A stretch of DNA of 29,738 bases from Lama guanicoe. Lineage: Eukaryota. This document shows, piece by piece, positions 1 through 10,849 of this stretch. Both the position numbers and the translations under genes were made by a program. Below the pieces are notes generated by a model. That model saw nothing but the letters and a program-made list of their open reading frames with translations, was not told where the DNA came from and ran no database searches. Where the stretch lies: assembly GCA_013239625.1 (NCBI GenBank), contig MU054122.1, forward strand, positions 770,773 through 800,510, given 5' to 3'. Each line of letters starts with the position of its first letter. Positions within the stretch are counted from its first letter, which is position 1.

Positions 1-590
1 TTATTCTAGAGATGTTAAAAACTACATTGACAAATTATTTTTTTGACATTGAGCCATTATTGCCTTCCTGAGATAATTAGTTATTTTTTAAATATGCGAT
101 GAGGGTCAGATTATGGAAACATATTATTTATTTCTCAAAAATCTGAAGAACTTACCTATGAAACGGTCTGGGCCTGAAGCTGCCAGGTTTTGATATGCAG
201 TGTCATTGTTAGTCCTCTGCTAAGTATTTTGTAATCTCTCTTTCATCCTTCTTTTTAATCTAAGCATATTTATTAGTATGTTCTTTGGTTTCCAGATACA
301 TGGGATTTGTAAAAATATTTATTATTGATTTCTAATTTTTTATATAATAATAGAATATACTATACATCATTAATATGCATGATTATATACATATAATGAT
401 GCTTCCGTAGAACTCATTGAGGTACATTGTCAGTTTTTATAGATTCCACACTTCCTTGAAAAGAGTGTGTCTTCTCTTTGTTAGGTGTTGAATCCTATCT
501 AGAACTGATAGTTCAAGCTTTCTACATATGTTTGCTCATGACTTTTGCCTTCTTGAGCCATTAGAGTTTGGGAAAGTTGTGCTAAATCAC
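1..590 (-). mobile_element. Old L1 (L1M-type) ORF2 fragment
   Basis: T-rich + strand with motifs resembling antisense L1 ORF2 (aacttacctatgaaacggtctgggcctga; tttgatatgcagtgtc; ttccacacttccttgaaaagagtgtgtcttct). Boundaries approximate. Confidence 0.6.
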
Positions 591-1918
591 TGGCCCTGGT
601 GTGACCTGGGATGAATGTTAATTTTTTATTTTCCCCCCCATGTTTAAAAGGTGAAAAATCAGCCTTGATCTCTACTCTTTATCTATTGACTTTGGTTTAA
701 AGTGATTCATTAAAAATTCTTTTGTCCCAAACCAGTGATTCTGGTTTTATTGTAAATCATGCACAATGTGCTCTGCATGCTCTGATCTTCCCTCTCCTAT
801 CAACGGTTTGCCCTGCCAGAGAATCTCTAATGAAGTTGATTTGAAGTAAAATGTCTGTTGGGGCTCATCTAACCATTTCCTGAAGTATTTTCAAATTAGG
901 GGCTGAGGCTGACGTCCCCTGCGTGTTTTGTGGACATTTCGGCCACTTCTCCAACCATGAAATAAGCAAGAGTAACGAACCCCATGCTCCAGTCTGTGGT
1001 TTGATACAAGGAACCTCAGCATTTCAAGGCCGCTTTGAAGAGGCTAGGGCATCAGCTGAAACCCAGAGAAAGGTAGTTGTTTGTAGGTGAGGGTGGGAGA
1101 GCGCACGCAGGCAACCTTCTACCACCACCCGTGGGAGGAGACGAGTGCAGGGCTCTCACGCCCCCCACCCCACCCAGCTCAGGGCCCCTCGTGCTGCACA
1201 GACTCACCTCACACTAATAGAAAGAGCATCAGATGGGGCTCAAACCATCAAGCTGTCATTCTCAGAAAAGCCTTCAATTTTCTCAACCTAGGTTTCTTAT
1301 CCCCAAAGTGAGAATCATAGAGGGTTTATGGGAATGTGTGGGGATATCTTTGACACCACGAGTGGGGAGAGGGCTCTGGCCCTTAAGGCAGAGGAGACTG
1401 GGAAGCTAAGTATCCTGTGACACAGGGTTTCAGTCCCACACACGAGGGATTGCCCAGGTGAGCAGGTGTCCCTTGTAAGGCGCTCAGATGAATGGTTCGC
1501 TGTCTGGCATTTGATGCTTTTAGGATCATTTCTAATGGAGCATCTTAATAAAACTACCAGAAGGCAGCCCTGATGGCCCACCACAGGTCTGCTACCTCTG
1601 ACTCTCCACATACAGGTTAATATTTCCAGATGGTGTGGGCATCATGAATTTATTAACTGCTGACTAGAAATCCGCTCTTCCTTCTTCTCTGCCCTGAACT
1701 GGGTCTTTCATGCTTCAAGAGTGCCCACTGGCTCCCCTGTGGAGACTGCAGCCTTGGGACGCACTGGCCAGGGCCGGCCTCAGCCAGGACCTCATGTCAT
1801 GGCCCCATGATGTCCATGGAACATGGAGTGGCTTTGTGTCCACAGATGGTTGAAACAAGCCTTTTACTGCAGACTCAGCCTTGATACGCATGCCCAGGGA
1901 AAGGACAGAAAACTCAAG

Positions 1919-1952
1919 GGTCACTTTCAACAAAGGTCACTTTCAACAAAGG
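1919..1952. repeat. 16-bp perfect tandem duplication
   Basis: ggtcactttcaacaaa x2 followed by gg, read directly. Confidence 0.9.
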
Positions 1953-2325
1953 ACTTGCCCCATAGAAGAAACAGCTCATTTACTGATTGAGGAAGAAGCA
2001 TGCAAATCCAATCAGGAAGTAATTGGATTTGAAGGCTTAAAACCTGGGATTGAATGTGGGTGCAGGAAATCCTTTCCATTTAAACATCAAGAAAAATAGA
2101 GCCTGCAGCTGCAAGAGACAAAGCTACCTGAAAACAATGTAATAACAAACAAGCAGAAAAATCAAGGACACTGTCACCTTCGCTTTGCGCTTGGGGGCAC
2201 TTTTTATTAGACTGCTGGGTTTAACCTGCTACTGGTGACTTTTAGCACTTAGACAAAGTCATTGATCAAAACATCTGTTCACATGTGAATCCAGCTGGTG
2301 AGCCAAGAAATTAAATAAATCTACC

Positions 2326-2440
2326 AGGAGAAGGGGGTGGAGAGAGACAGAAAGGGAGGGAAAGGGGAGGGAAGAGGAAGGGAAGGGAGGCCGGAGAGGA
2401 GGAGAAAAGGAGGAGGGTGGGGGTAGGGAGTGGGAGTGAG
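2326..2440 (+). repeat. GA-rich low-complexity tract ending in a G-quadruplex motif
   Basis: Purine-rich run; GGG-T-GGGGG-TA-GGG-AGT-GGG at 2415-2434. Confidence 0.75.
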
Positions 2441-2547
2441 ATCAGAGCTCAAATCCATAGATTCAGGGTTTTCCTAAATTATTAGTCTCCCCCTTTGATG
2501 GAGAATAAAAAAAAAAGAGCATCAACTTTACTGAGGATTAAAAACAG

Positions 2548-3015
2548 TGTTACTGAAGGCAAGTTCTTGTGCCCGGCGCATCCTGAGGCTAAACAAACCG
2601 CATCCCAGTTTGGAGGAGAGAAGGCTGGTTGCAGGGCTGAGCAAGGAGGATGGGGTGGCTCATAACTAAGGAAACCCTGAACTCCCCGAAGGCTTTCAGC
2701 AAAGCGTAGTTAAAGGCCAGGTGAGGCAGGGGGTCGCAGGGTGTGTGATCAGCTCGTGCACAGTCTTCTGACTGGTTGACGTGGAGGGAACAGGGCGTCA
2801 ACACCATCACCCTCCAGAAGCCAGCAGGTCTGGGAGCCACGTGCTCTTCATCATCAAGTACTTCATTTCTTCCCTTTGGTGGTTGTTTTTAGCATCTGAA
2901 AATTTCAGGAAATTCACATGAGATACTATGATCTGGGTGCTTCAGAGGGGCTGCAGCAGAAGATATGGGGGAGGGTCTGACCCTGGAAGCCTCCACAGGG
3001 TCTTTCTCAGTTACA
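2548..3015 (-). mobile_element. ERV1-class solo LTR (artiodactyl type)
   Basis: TGTTAC...GTTACA termini and a perfect 4-bp TSD ACAG (2544-2547, 3016-3019), typical of ERV1. Body resembles artiodactyl ERV1 LTRs read antisense (ccctgaactccccgaaggctttcagcaaagc). Confidence 0.85.
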
Positions 3016-3645
3016 ACAGAGCACCCCCAGCATCTCCTTGCATAAGACAAATGTCTTCCAAGGAGGAGAAGGGGAAAAATGGTTTGACTTGCTCCAGCTC
3101 CAGGATGAGCAGGTTCCTCACAGGGCAAGGCATCAGGGGTGGGGAGTGGGGGAAACACGTGTTCTGTCCACCCAGCCCTTCGGCTCACACCTTCTCCTCT
3201 TCCTCACAATCTTTCCCTCCTTCCATGTGCTCCAGCCCTGTGCAGTATCCCACCCAGACTTGACTGGCTGGTTGGTCCTAATACCCTCCTTTTAGACACC
3301 ACGATCTGTCCGAGGGTGGGCATGTGACCTGGTATTTGCAATGTGCCTGGTAGTCTGTCCTCAGTTCTGCGGCTGTTATATGGACGTGATCTGTGCATCT
3401 TTCTGCCACACATGGAAGAGGCCTGTCTCCATGAGTCCACCCACTGGCACCCCAGGTGAAGGGGGAGAGGCCGGCCCTGACCACGCTCCTGAGTCCTTAG
3501 AGCCCACCTTGCTCAAGGCCGCTCCACTTCTGTTTCTCCTAAGTAAGGGAGGCAAGTAAGTGCCCCTTTCCCTAAGCTAGTTGAGGGGGTATGTCTTTCT
3601 TGACTACAGGGTAGGGTCTCTCACAGCACCCGCCTTAGACCTGAG

Positions 3646-3880
3646 CCACCCCACCCCCTTTCCCCCCTGGTAACCGTGTTTTCTATGTCTTTGAGTCTGT
3701 TTCTGTTTTGTAACTAAGTTTGTTTGTTTTTTTTTTTAAATTCCATATAGAAGTGACATCATATGGTATTGTTCTTTCTCTTTCTGGCTTATTTCAGTTA
3801 GAATGACAATCTCCAGGTCCATCCATGTTGCTGCAAGTGGCATTATTTTATTATTTTTATGGCTGCATAGTATTCCATTG
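3646..3880 (-). mobile_element. L1 fragment: end of ORF2 and proximal 3'UTR, distal 3' end missing
   Basis: agaatgacaatctccaggtccatccatgttgctgcaagtggc is antisense to the ORF2 C-terminal AATWMDLE motif and matches the + strand copy at ~19510-19550. Confidence 0.85.
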
Positions 3881-4496
3881 ATGCAATACTTTTTTATTTC
3901 TCTGAGTATATTATTTATAGTAATTTTTGCAGCTTCCTCTGATTCTCAGGATTGTGCTATCCTCTTCTCCTTTATATTTTTTTTTCTCTGTATTATGGGT
4001 TAGGTGTTTTCCTCCAATGTCAGGTAACTCTGGCTGTCCATTTATATTTACGAGTGAGCCAAAACTGTGTGGAACTTCTATGGCTGTCAGCATCCTTGTT
4101 GAGTAGTGAGCTACTCAACAAAGATGCTGGTGTGTGGAGTAAAAAAAAATGTTTGCTGGTTATCTACTTTATCAAATACCCTTCAATCTCAAATTACAAA
4201 GGGTAAGTTCTCAATTTTAGGGTCAGATGAATGAGAATTAAATTTTTCAAAAATTCCCAATAGTGTAGACTGATATGCAAGATTCTGAATAAATATTAAG
4301 TGTTAAATATATCCTTTGATGGGTAATATCTGTAGCTAACTCCAGGAGGACTTTAAAACCAGAGAGAGTTACTAGGAGATGAAGAAAAATGCTGTAAGAA
4401 GCTCCATCTTCTCTACTGCCTCTGAAAAGAATGTGGATGAAAACCACAGCCTTTGGAATGTTAACTGTCATATTTACCCACATCATTTCTCACTCT

Positions 4497-4860
4497 TGTA
4501 CCTTATGGTCCCCAATCATCCACATACCCTTATGATATCCCCTCCCTTTGAGTGTGGGTAGGACCTGTGATTCGCTTCTGATCAGTCAAATATGGGATGC
4601 TACCCTGTCACCCTGTGGGATTTGAATTTATTAGATGCCAAGGACCTCATGAACTTAAAAGGGGGCCCTTCTGCCGCCCAGTCATCAAAAGAAACCCCTG
4701 CGCTGGATGACACCTGGATGGTAACCTGATGAGACCCTGGAGCAGAAGCCCATGTGAGCCATGCTTGGACTCCTGACCCACAGAAACTGTGGGAGAATAA
4801 ACGTGTCTTGTCTACAGCCTGACTTGTGTTAATGGGTTATGCAGATACAGATGACTCACA
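4497..4860 (+). mobile_element. MaLR LTR (MLT1E/F-like)
   Basis: MLT1 hallmarks: cctccctttgagtgtgggtaggacctgtga; gagaccctggagcag; ctcctgacccacagaaactgtgggagaataaacgtg. Boundaries approximate. Confidence 0.7.
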
Positions 4861-5099
4861 CACCTGTTTACACAGTGATTCACCCAGAGTGACTCAGGGA
4901 GTGACTGGGAAATTAAATGGTCACCGGGCCTCCTAATTCTAGCTTTCCATTTCCATGAGCTTTTTCCCTGTCTGAAAAGGTAGCTTCAAGAGACAGAAAA
5001 AGATGACAAGCCATCTCATTGTTGTCTCTAGGGGTACCAGTGTCTGCATTTGGTGCAAATCAACAAAGAACTTGAAAAATGGATTTCACAGATGGGGGT

Positions 5100-5400
5100 T
5101 CTTGGTTTCATTCCACCAACACGCCAAGAATGGGCAATCAGAACTCTTGGATGATATGTCTCGGGCCCAGGCTCCCCTTCTTCTGTCTTCCTGCTTCAAC
5201 TTGAGCCGAGGCTCTTGTTCTGCTCTTTACCTCACCCAGGGCCACATGTGTCCCAGGTGGGAAGCCCTCCTTGATGCCCCCAGCAGACTGCCACTCACAT
5301 CTCAGAACTGCGTCACGTGTCTTCTTCTAATGAGCCCAGGAAAGTGATGGTTTTTAGCTGGACACTTTGTTGCCCTGAATAAATGAGACCAGGAGGAATG
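5100..5400 (-). mobile_element. Old MaLR LTR remnant (MLT1J/K-like)
   Basis: cccagcagactgccactcacatctcagaactgcgtcacgtg resembles the antisense MLT1J/K core; highly diverged. Confidence 0.4.
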
Positions 5401-5741
5401 GGTATCAGGTAGATGTCTAGCAAAGTCTACAACTCAAAAGCTTTGTTCCCACAGAAAAAGCCAAGGAAAAGATAAGGGAAAAGAAGGGAGGAAATTAATG
5501 ACATAGAAAGCAATCTATAATGAGGATTCTCAAAGCCCTAACTGAAAGGAGAATTTTTGAAATAGCTAATAAAATAGATCCATTTCTAGCAGGACTGACA
5601 CACTATAATGAGTAAAAACAATGTACTTCAAAGCATGCACATAATATCCTAAATTATATTAAAAGAATAAAGAGAGAGAAATAAAAAGATAACATATTAG
5701 TATCTGTTATTTCTAGTGGAGAGACCACCTTTTTTTAATTC

Positions 5742-5799
5742 TTTTAATTTAGTGGTCATATATGGCTTTTTTTTTAAATTAGTGGTCATATATGGCTTT
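5742..5799. repeat. 30-bp period tandem duplication
   Basis: ttttaa(t/a)ttagtggtcatatatggcttt occurs twice, 30 nt apart. Confidence 0.85.
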
Positions 5800-6145
5800 C
5801 ATAAGGAGATGAAAATATTATTTGAAAGTTGCACATAAAATGTGTGTTTTTTAAAAAACTGTTTACAAATCAAAGACAACCTAAACTTTTGATTTTAAAA
5901 CAGCTTACATTTTCTAACTGTTGCAAATACAGCGATGTCCCAGAATCAGAAGATGGGTAAGATTGCTCTGCGGATGCTGCCTTTTCCATGGAACATTCTG
6001 CTTTTCCCCTGAGAAAACAGTTTAAGAATGAGTAGCATTTATTTTCAAATGCCTGGTGGGTAATCCTATTAAGTATCACAGGGGAAGAGGGTCTGAGATT
6101 CTATTTGTTTGAAAGTTCTACTTTCTTCTTTTTTTTTTCTGGGAA

Positions 6146-6455
6146 TTTATTTATTTATTTGTTTATAATTGAGTTATAGTCAGTTTACAATGTGTCAATT
6201 TCTGGTGTACAGCACAATTTTTCAGTCATACATGAATATACATATATTCATTTTCATATTCTTTTTCACCATATATATTTCCCCGTGCTATACAGTATAA
6301 ACTTGTTTATCTATTCTATATATACCTGTCAGTATCTACAAATCTTGAACTCCCAGTCTGTTCCTTCCCACCCTCCCCCACCAACAACCACAACCCCAAG
6401 TTTGTATTCTATGTCTGTGAGTCTGTTTCAGTTTATATATAAGTTCATTTGTCTT
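6146..6455 (-). mobile_element. Relatively young L1 3'UTR with (TTTA)n tail
   Basis: Antisense L1 3'UTR (cagtttacaatgtgtcaatttctggtgtacagc; cccgtgctatacagtataaacttg; ttctatgtctgtgagtctgtttc); homologous to ~19620-19925. Confidence 0.85.
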
Positions 6456-6597
6456 TGTGTGGTTTTGTTTGTTTGTTTGTTTGTGGGGGGAGGTATTTAG
6501 GTTTACTTATTTATTTTTGATGGAGTTATTGGGGATCGAACCCAGGACCTCACGCATGCTAGGCATGCACTCTACCACTGAGCTATACCTTCCCCCC
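6456..6597 (-). mobile_element. tRNA-derived SINE, camelid Vic-1 type
   Basis: Minus strand reads ggggggaaggtatagctcagtggtagagtgcatgcctagcatgcgtgaggtcctgggttcgatcccc: A box TAGCTCAGTGG, B box GGTTCGATCC, then aaataaataagtaaacctaaatacctccccc and a (CAAA)n tail. Confidence 0.9.
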
Positions 6598-6819
6598 TTT
6601 TCTGGGAACTTCTGAGTTGAAGGGGCTTTGGGGAGAAGGCAAAAATCAAAACATAGCTGATTTCCTTCTTTATGATGAACTCTTGCTGACTCCTTTGTGT
6701 AACCCAATGTTTCATCGTTAAAAAGAAGCTTGGACTCACAAATAAAACATGGGATCGCGTCGCAACAGAAGATTGTTTGGCAGTAGAAGCACCAACTTGA
6801 CGTGCACAAGCCTGGATTT

Positions 6820-6970
6820 CTGGTGGCACCGACTAGCTGTGCGACCCCGAAATATGCAGCAAGAAGTTCCTTACATTCAGCTGAAATTGCATGCGAAAAT
6901 ATAGGATAGGCTGCTTCACACAGTGCCTTGGCATTAAAAAATGTAATAAACATTATTATAATTATTATTT
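6820..6970 (+). mobile_element. MIR remnant
   Basis: actagctgtgcgacc and cacagtgccttggcattaaaaaatgtaataaacattattat resemble the MIR core and 3' end. Confidence 0.35.
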
Positions 6971-9391
6971 AGAGGGGTTAGAGTCTTCAGAAAGAGAGAA
7001 AAAGACAGCATAAAGGCAGGACATGGGGAGAAGCTATGCTCAGAGATAGCTCAGAGTCAGCTCAGAGTTGTAGGACTTCATTTTATTACTAGAGATGGCC
7101 CCACAAAGGGTAGGCTGGACACCGAGGAAGAGGAACACATGCAGTCCTACCACACGCCCAGAGCCTTCTTTTCTCAGAATAATTGCTGGAAAAGTGTTGT
7201 AATAAATACATAAATCTGTTATGATTATAGAAGCAAGTGATGCTGTCTAGAATTGCACAGTGCCCAACATGCAAAACTATACATGGCGGCTTGTTTCAGT
7301 CTCATCTTAAGCTGCTGTCATCTTGTATTTCATGTTACCTGGTGGGCCCCTTTAAATTCTTTCTAGGTCAAGGCAGAGTAAATACACTGTAATTACATTA
7401 TACTGACACGGGGTAGAAATTTCAAACTCAGGCCGCACCAAAAGGCCAAGAATGGAAGCTGGAGGAAGGACTGATTTAATCAGTCCCCGCTTCCCTCCCT
7501 CCCATGGAGTGGACTACATCTTCTTGTGTTAGCATAAATATGTCGGGAGATACTGCATCAGATGAGAATGGTCCCAAATGCAGGTTAAATTCTTGTAAAT
7601 ATCAATCAAGGGTAAATAAGCTCCTTCTTTGTACTGCGGGTTAGTTACCATATGAAACTCATTCCCCCGGAGGTTGGTTTGGATTTCAAACATAACCATG
7701 TTTAAGGAAGGTTGATTTCAGGCTCCTTGAGGAAGCAGGCGGGCTGGGCATGAAGAGTGACAGCCGTGACCCAGATCAGGGGAGGGAAGTGGCACCTCCA
7801 TGTTCAGCCAAGTGCTTTGTTCCCTTATTAGTCCTTCTTCATCCTTGGAATCTGCCTGCCAGCTCTGCCTGCCTTCGAGGCTGCCTCCATGGCTTTTCCT
7901 TGCCCCTCCTTGTGGCTATCTCACCCTGGGACAGGAATAGGAACCCCGCTGGTGGCTAACTTAGGTATGAATGTGAGGGTAGAGCAAGCCTTGGAGGCAA
8001 ATGGAACAGGCTGAGACCCAGGGGGAAGTTGACTTAGGAGCCTTTGTGGCTGTGGCTGGGAGGTACTGAGAACAGCTGAGACTAGCGATCGGTGTTTGAG
8101 AATTCCTGCAGGCAATACCTGATACCTCACTGGGCCCTATTTGGAGGGAATCAGTCTCTAGCCACAGGGAATCGGAGAGGGGAAATAAGGAACTTCCAAG
8201 CTGGACTTCGGGGAATCAGGAAAAAGGTCCCAAAGTCCCAGCAGGGGGGCACTATCCTGGGACCACTAATCACAGCGAATCAAGATCCCATTCTGCTGCA
8301 ACCCGGAAGGTTAAACAGTGGCACTCAGGCGGGGAGGGCAGATATGGGGACCTGCTAATTGGAGGCAGGCCAGGAAGCAAGAGCTTAATTCCAGAAATAA
8401 GGCAAAACTGAGTTCTTAAAGGTAGCAGGTGACGGTAGGGCTGGATAATTTGCTCAATAGGTTTTGGGCTACTTTTCTCTAGCTACCTCCTAACAAGCTC
8501 CTGAGGCTGAGATAGGGCTGAGCCTATAAATGATGCTCAGGTGGTCCTTGCTGTGGGGATGGCAACAGGCAATGAGCAGGAGTCTGCAGGGGGCTCTGTT
8601 TAGTGCCCCTCTCTGATCCGGAGCCATTCCCTTCTCTGCCTTCACTGCATCCACAGCTGGAAGGTCTTGACCAGCTCCTCGCTCCTCCGTTGCATTGATG
8701 ATTCTGGACTCGAACTGCAGTGAATCTCACCACAGCGCCTATGAGAAACCAGTCAAGTCACTTCCCTTGACAGTTTAGATAAATCCAAGAGCTCCGAGGT
8801 GCGTAATTCAAGAGAAGCGGGGCATTTCCTGGGAGTGTTTCCCTTCCCTGTTTCTGACACTATTCCCAGCGTTCTCTCAGGATTACCCCACCCTGTTGTT
8901 TCCAATTTGCATATCCAGTTAGCGATGGCAGAGATGAATGATCCCAGCTTCTTTCTTATTTCCACTGCCTCCCTACCCGTGGTAGCCCCACTCCTCCCCA
9001 GCTCCCACCTTAGAAGTGGACTCAGAAGTCTGCATCCATTTCCCACACTCTTCAGGTGCCCTTTGTTGTCTCTACATCCTATGTGTCACTTACATGTACA
9101 TCATCCGCTTTGAAATCTTGGGTTTTAAGTTCTCCTGCCTCCTCTAAAATTTACCACTTCGTTTGTTCTTTCAGTCTTTTATTCCCTAATAGTTCAGGGA
9201 GAGCTGATTTCACAGGGCCTGTCAGGCCTTAGGGAATTTCTTGTACCACAGACTCTGGAATCAGACTACATACAGCTAATGAAAGTTTCCAACTTCCCAG
9301 GTAACAGCTGTATTCCTCCAGCAAATACTTTGTTTGGAAACATCTATTTCTGAATTTACGAACGCCTTAAATTATTTAAATCTCTGCCCCT

Positions 9392-9398
9392 TATAAAA
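9392..9398 (+). promoter_or_regulatory. Candidate TATA box for SLC39A12
   Basis: TATAAAA about 130 nt upstream of the putative exon-1 donor. The AT-rich context weakens the call. Confidence 0.35.
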
Positions 9399-9419
9399 TA
9401 AATAACGTTCTAATGAAAC

Positions 9420-9530
9420 TCTCTTTCAACAAATCCTTGGTTTGAGTGTGGATAAGAGTTATCACAGAATCATCTGGTTCAAAAAAAAAAAAATCTTGAT
9501 CCAACACTAAAACCTTTACTATTCTGCAAG
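9420..9530 (+). other. SLC39A12: Putative non-coding exon 1 of SLC39A12 (5' end approximate)
   Basis: Donor CAAG|GTGAAC at 9530/9531 gives a 1233-nt intron to the acceptor at 10763. As I recall, mammalian SLC39A12 has a non-coding first exon roughly 1.2 kb upstream of the first coding exon. Confidence 0.45.
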
Positions 9531-9592
9531 GTGAACTCTTTTGCCCTAGAACTGTCCTCTAAAAGTCAAGTGACCATAAGAAATTCTAAGAT

Positions 9593-9614
9593 TTTTCTTA
9601 GAATTCTAAGAAAA
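9593..9614. promoter_or_regulatory. 22-bp perfect palindrome made of two abutting STAT (GAS) motifs
   Basis: ttttcttagaa|ttctaagaaaa; TTCTTAGAA (9595-9603) and TTCTAAGAA (9604-9612) both fit TTCYNRGAA. Function not shown. Confidence 0.4.
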
Positions 9615-10763
9615 TTGCTAAATATCGATCTAAAAAGTCAGGTTCATTAGCGACTTAAATTTGATTTTCCTGAAAATCGGCCAGACAGAAACTTCTCACT
9701 TTTATCCACCTTCATTGTTACTCTCTATAGCAACAGGAAACTGTTCTGGGCTGAAATAATCCTCTCCAGCTCCCAGTGCACAGTCAAGGAATTTTAAAAA
9801 CAGAGGACTTTGTAACCACGAAATACTCTCTGAGATTTAAAAGGCCACAGAGCTCTGGATAAACATTTATCTTTCTTCTGAAGGGAAGCAATGTGTTTAG
9901 AAATGTTTGTATCCTCTTCTGTCATTTTTAAAAAATGCTAACATAAGAATCTTCAACTCTCTCTCTGTCTCACTTTTCCTAAACCATGAAAGTAATCCCA
10001 GTATTTTTGTTACTAACTCTCAGTCATTCTGAGCTGGTCTCTGGGCCAAGATCCGACATGAGATGCTGTTAACATTTTGCATTCCTTAAGCAATCAGTTG
10101 ACAAGATTAATTTTTTTCCAGAAAGTTGATTGGCCCCAAAGCTGTTCTTTCACGTCTTTAGTGAGCACTGAACATGTGGATTTATCATGGCTCGTGCGGT
10201 CTTGAAACTCCCTTGTTTTTCCAAGCTAGTTCATACTCTGTTTATCAACTGAAAAAGGGAAAATGAAGCAGTAGTTTCTGGATGTTACTCTGTTCTTTTC
10301 ATCCTTTCCTTATCTAAAACCTTCTAACTCAACATGTTATCTGTAATTTATTAAACTTTACTTTCTGATTATTTTTATTTACTGACTTCGCTGATGAGGA
10401 TCACAGATCCCTGGGAGGTCTACTTGAGAGAGGGATAAAATGAGGGTGTTTCCTGCACCCAGGTCCCGACTTGTAGCACCTTCAGAAGAAATACTGAAAT
10501 GTGTTCTTCCTCATTTTTGACTCTCTGTTCAGTTCAGAGGGAGGCAATATAACAAGCCTCTTGGCTGTTCCACAGTTTGAAAGTCACAGCCAGCATCCTT
10601 TCCTGCCGGTTGGAGTTATAATCCATCTACAGACCCCACCCCCCTGTTGTTCAGAAACAGCTTGTCATTGCAAATCAGCTTAGCCACCCAATTAATGAAT
10701 CCTTTCAAACCTGTTTCAGGCACCATAATTAAAGCTTTTATTTAATTTTTTCCCTTGCCACAG

Positions 10764-10849
10764 AAATTCCTCCAGTTCCAAGTTTACACTGTGAACACCA
10801 AGCCACGCACCACCACCAAAGACAGATTTGGGGTAAAGGAAGAGTGGAA
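10764..10849 (+). other. SLC39A12: 5'UTR portion of the first coding exon of SLC39A12
   Basis: Strong acceptor tttaattttttcccttgccacag| ending at 10763, 86 nt before the ATG. Confidence 0.75.

Noticed and set aside
6530..6597. tRNA-like sequences here and at 16876-16925
   Set aside because: SINE heads with SINE-specific tails; no complete cloverleaf.
6507..6953. 148-aa minus-strand ORF
   Set aside because: Runs from a MIR remnant into the SINE (GRYSSVVECMPSMREVLGSIP is translated SINE); no recognisable homology.
7700..9115. Cluster of 69-104 aa ORFs in a GC-richer upstream region
   Set aside because: Overlapping on both strands, with no family similarity or convincing splice signals; expected by chance.
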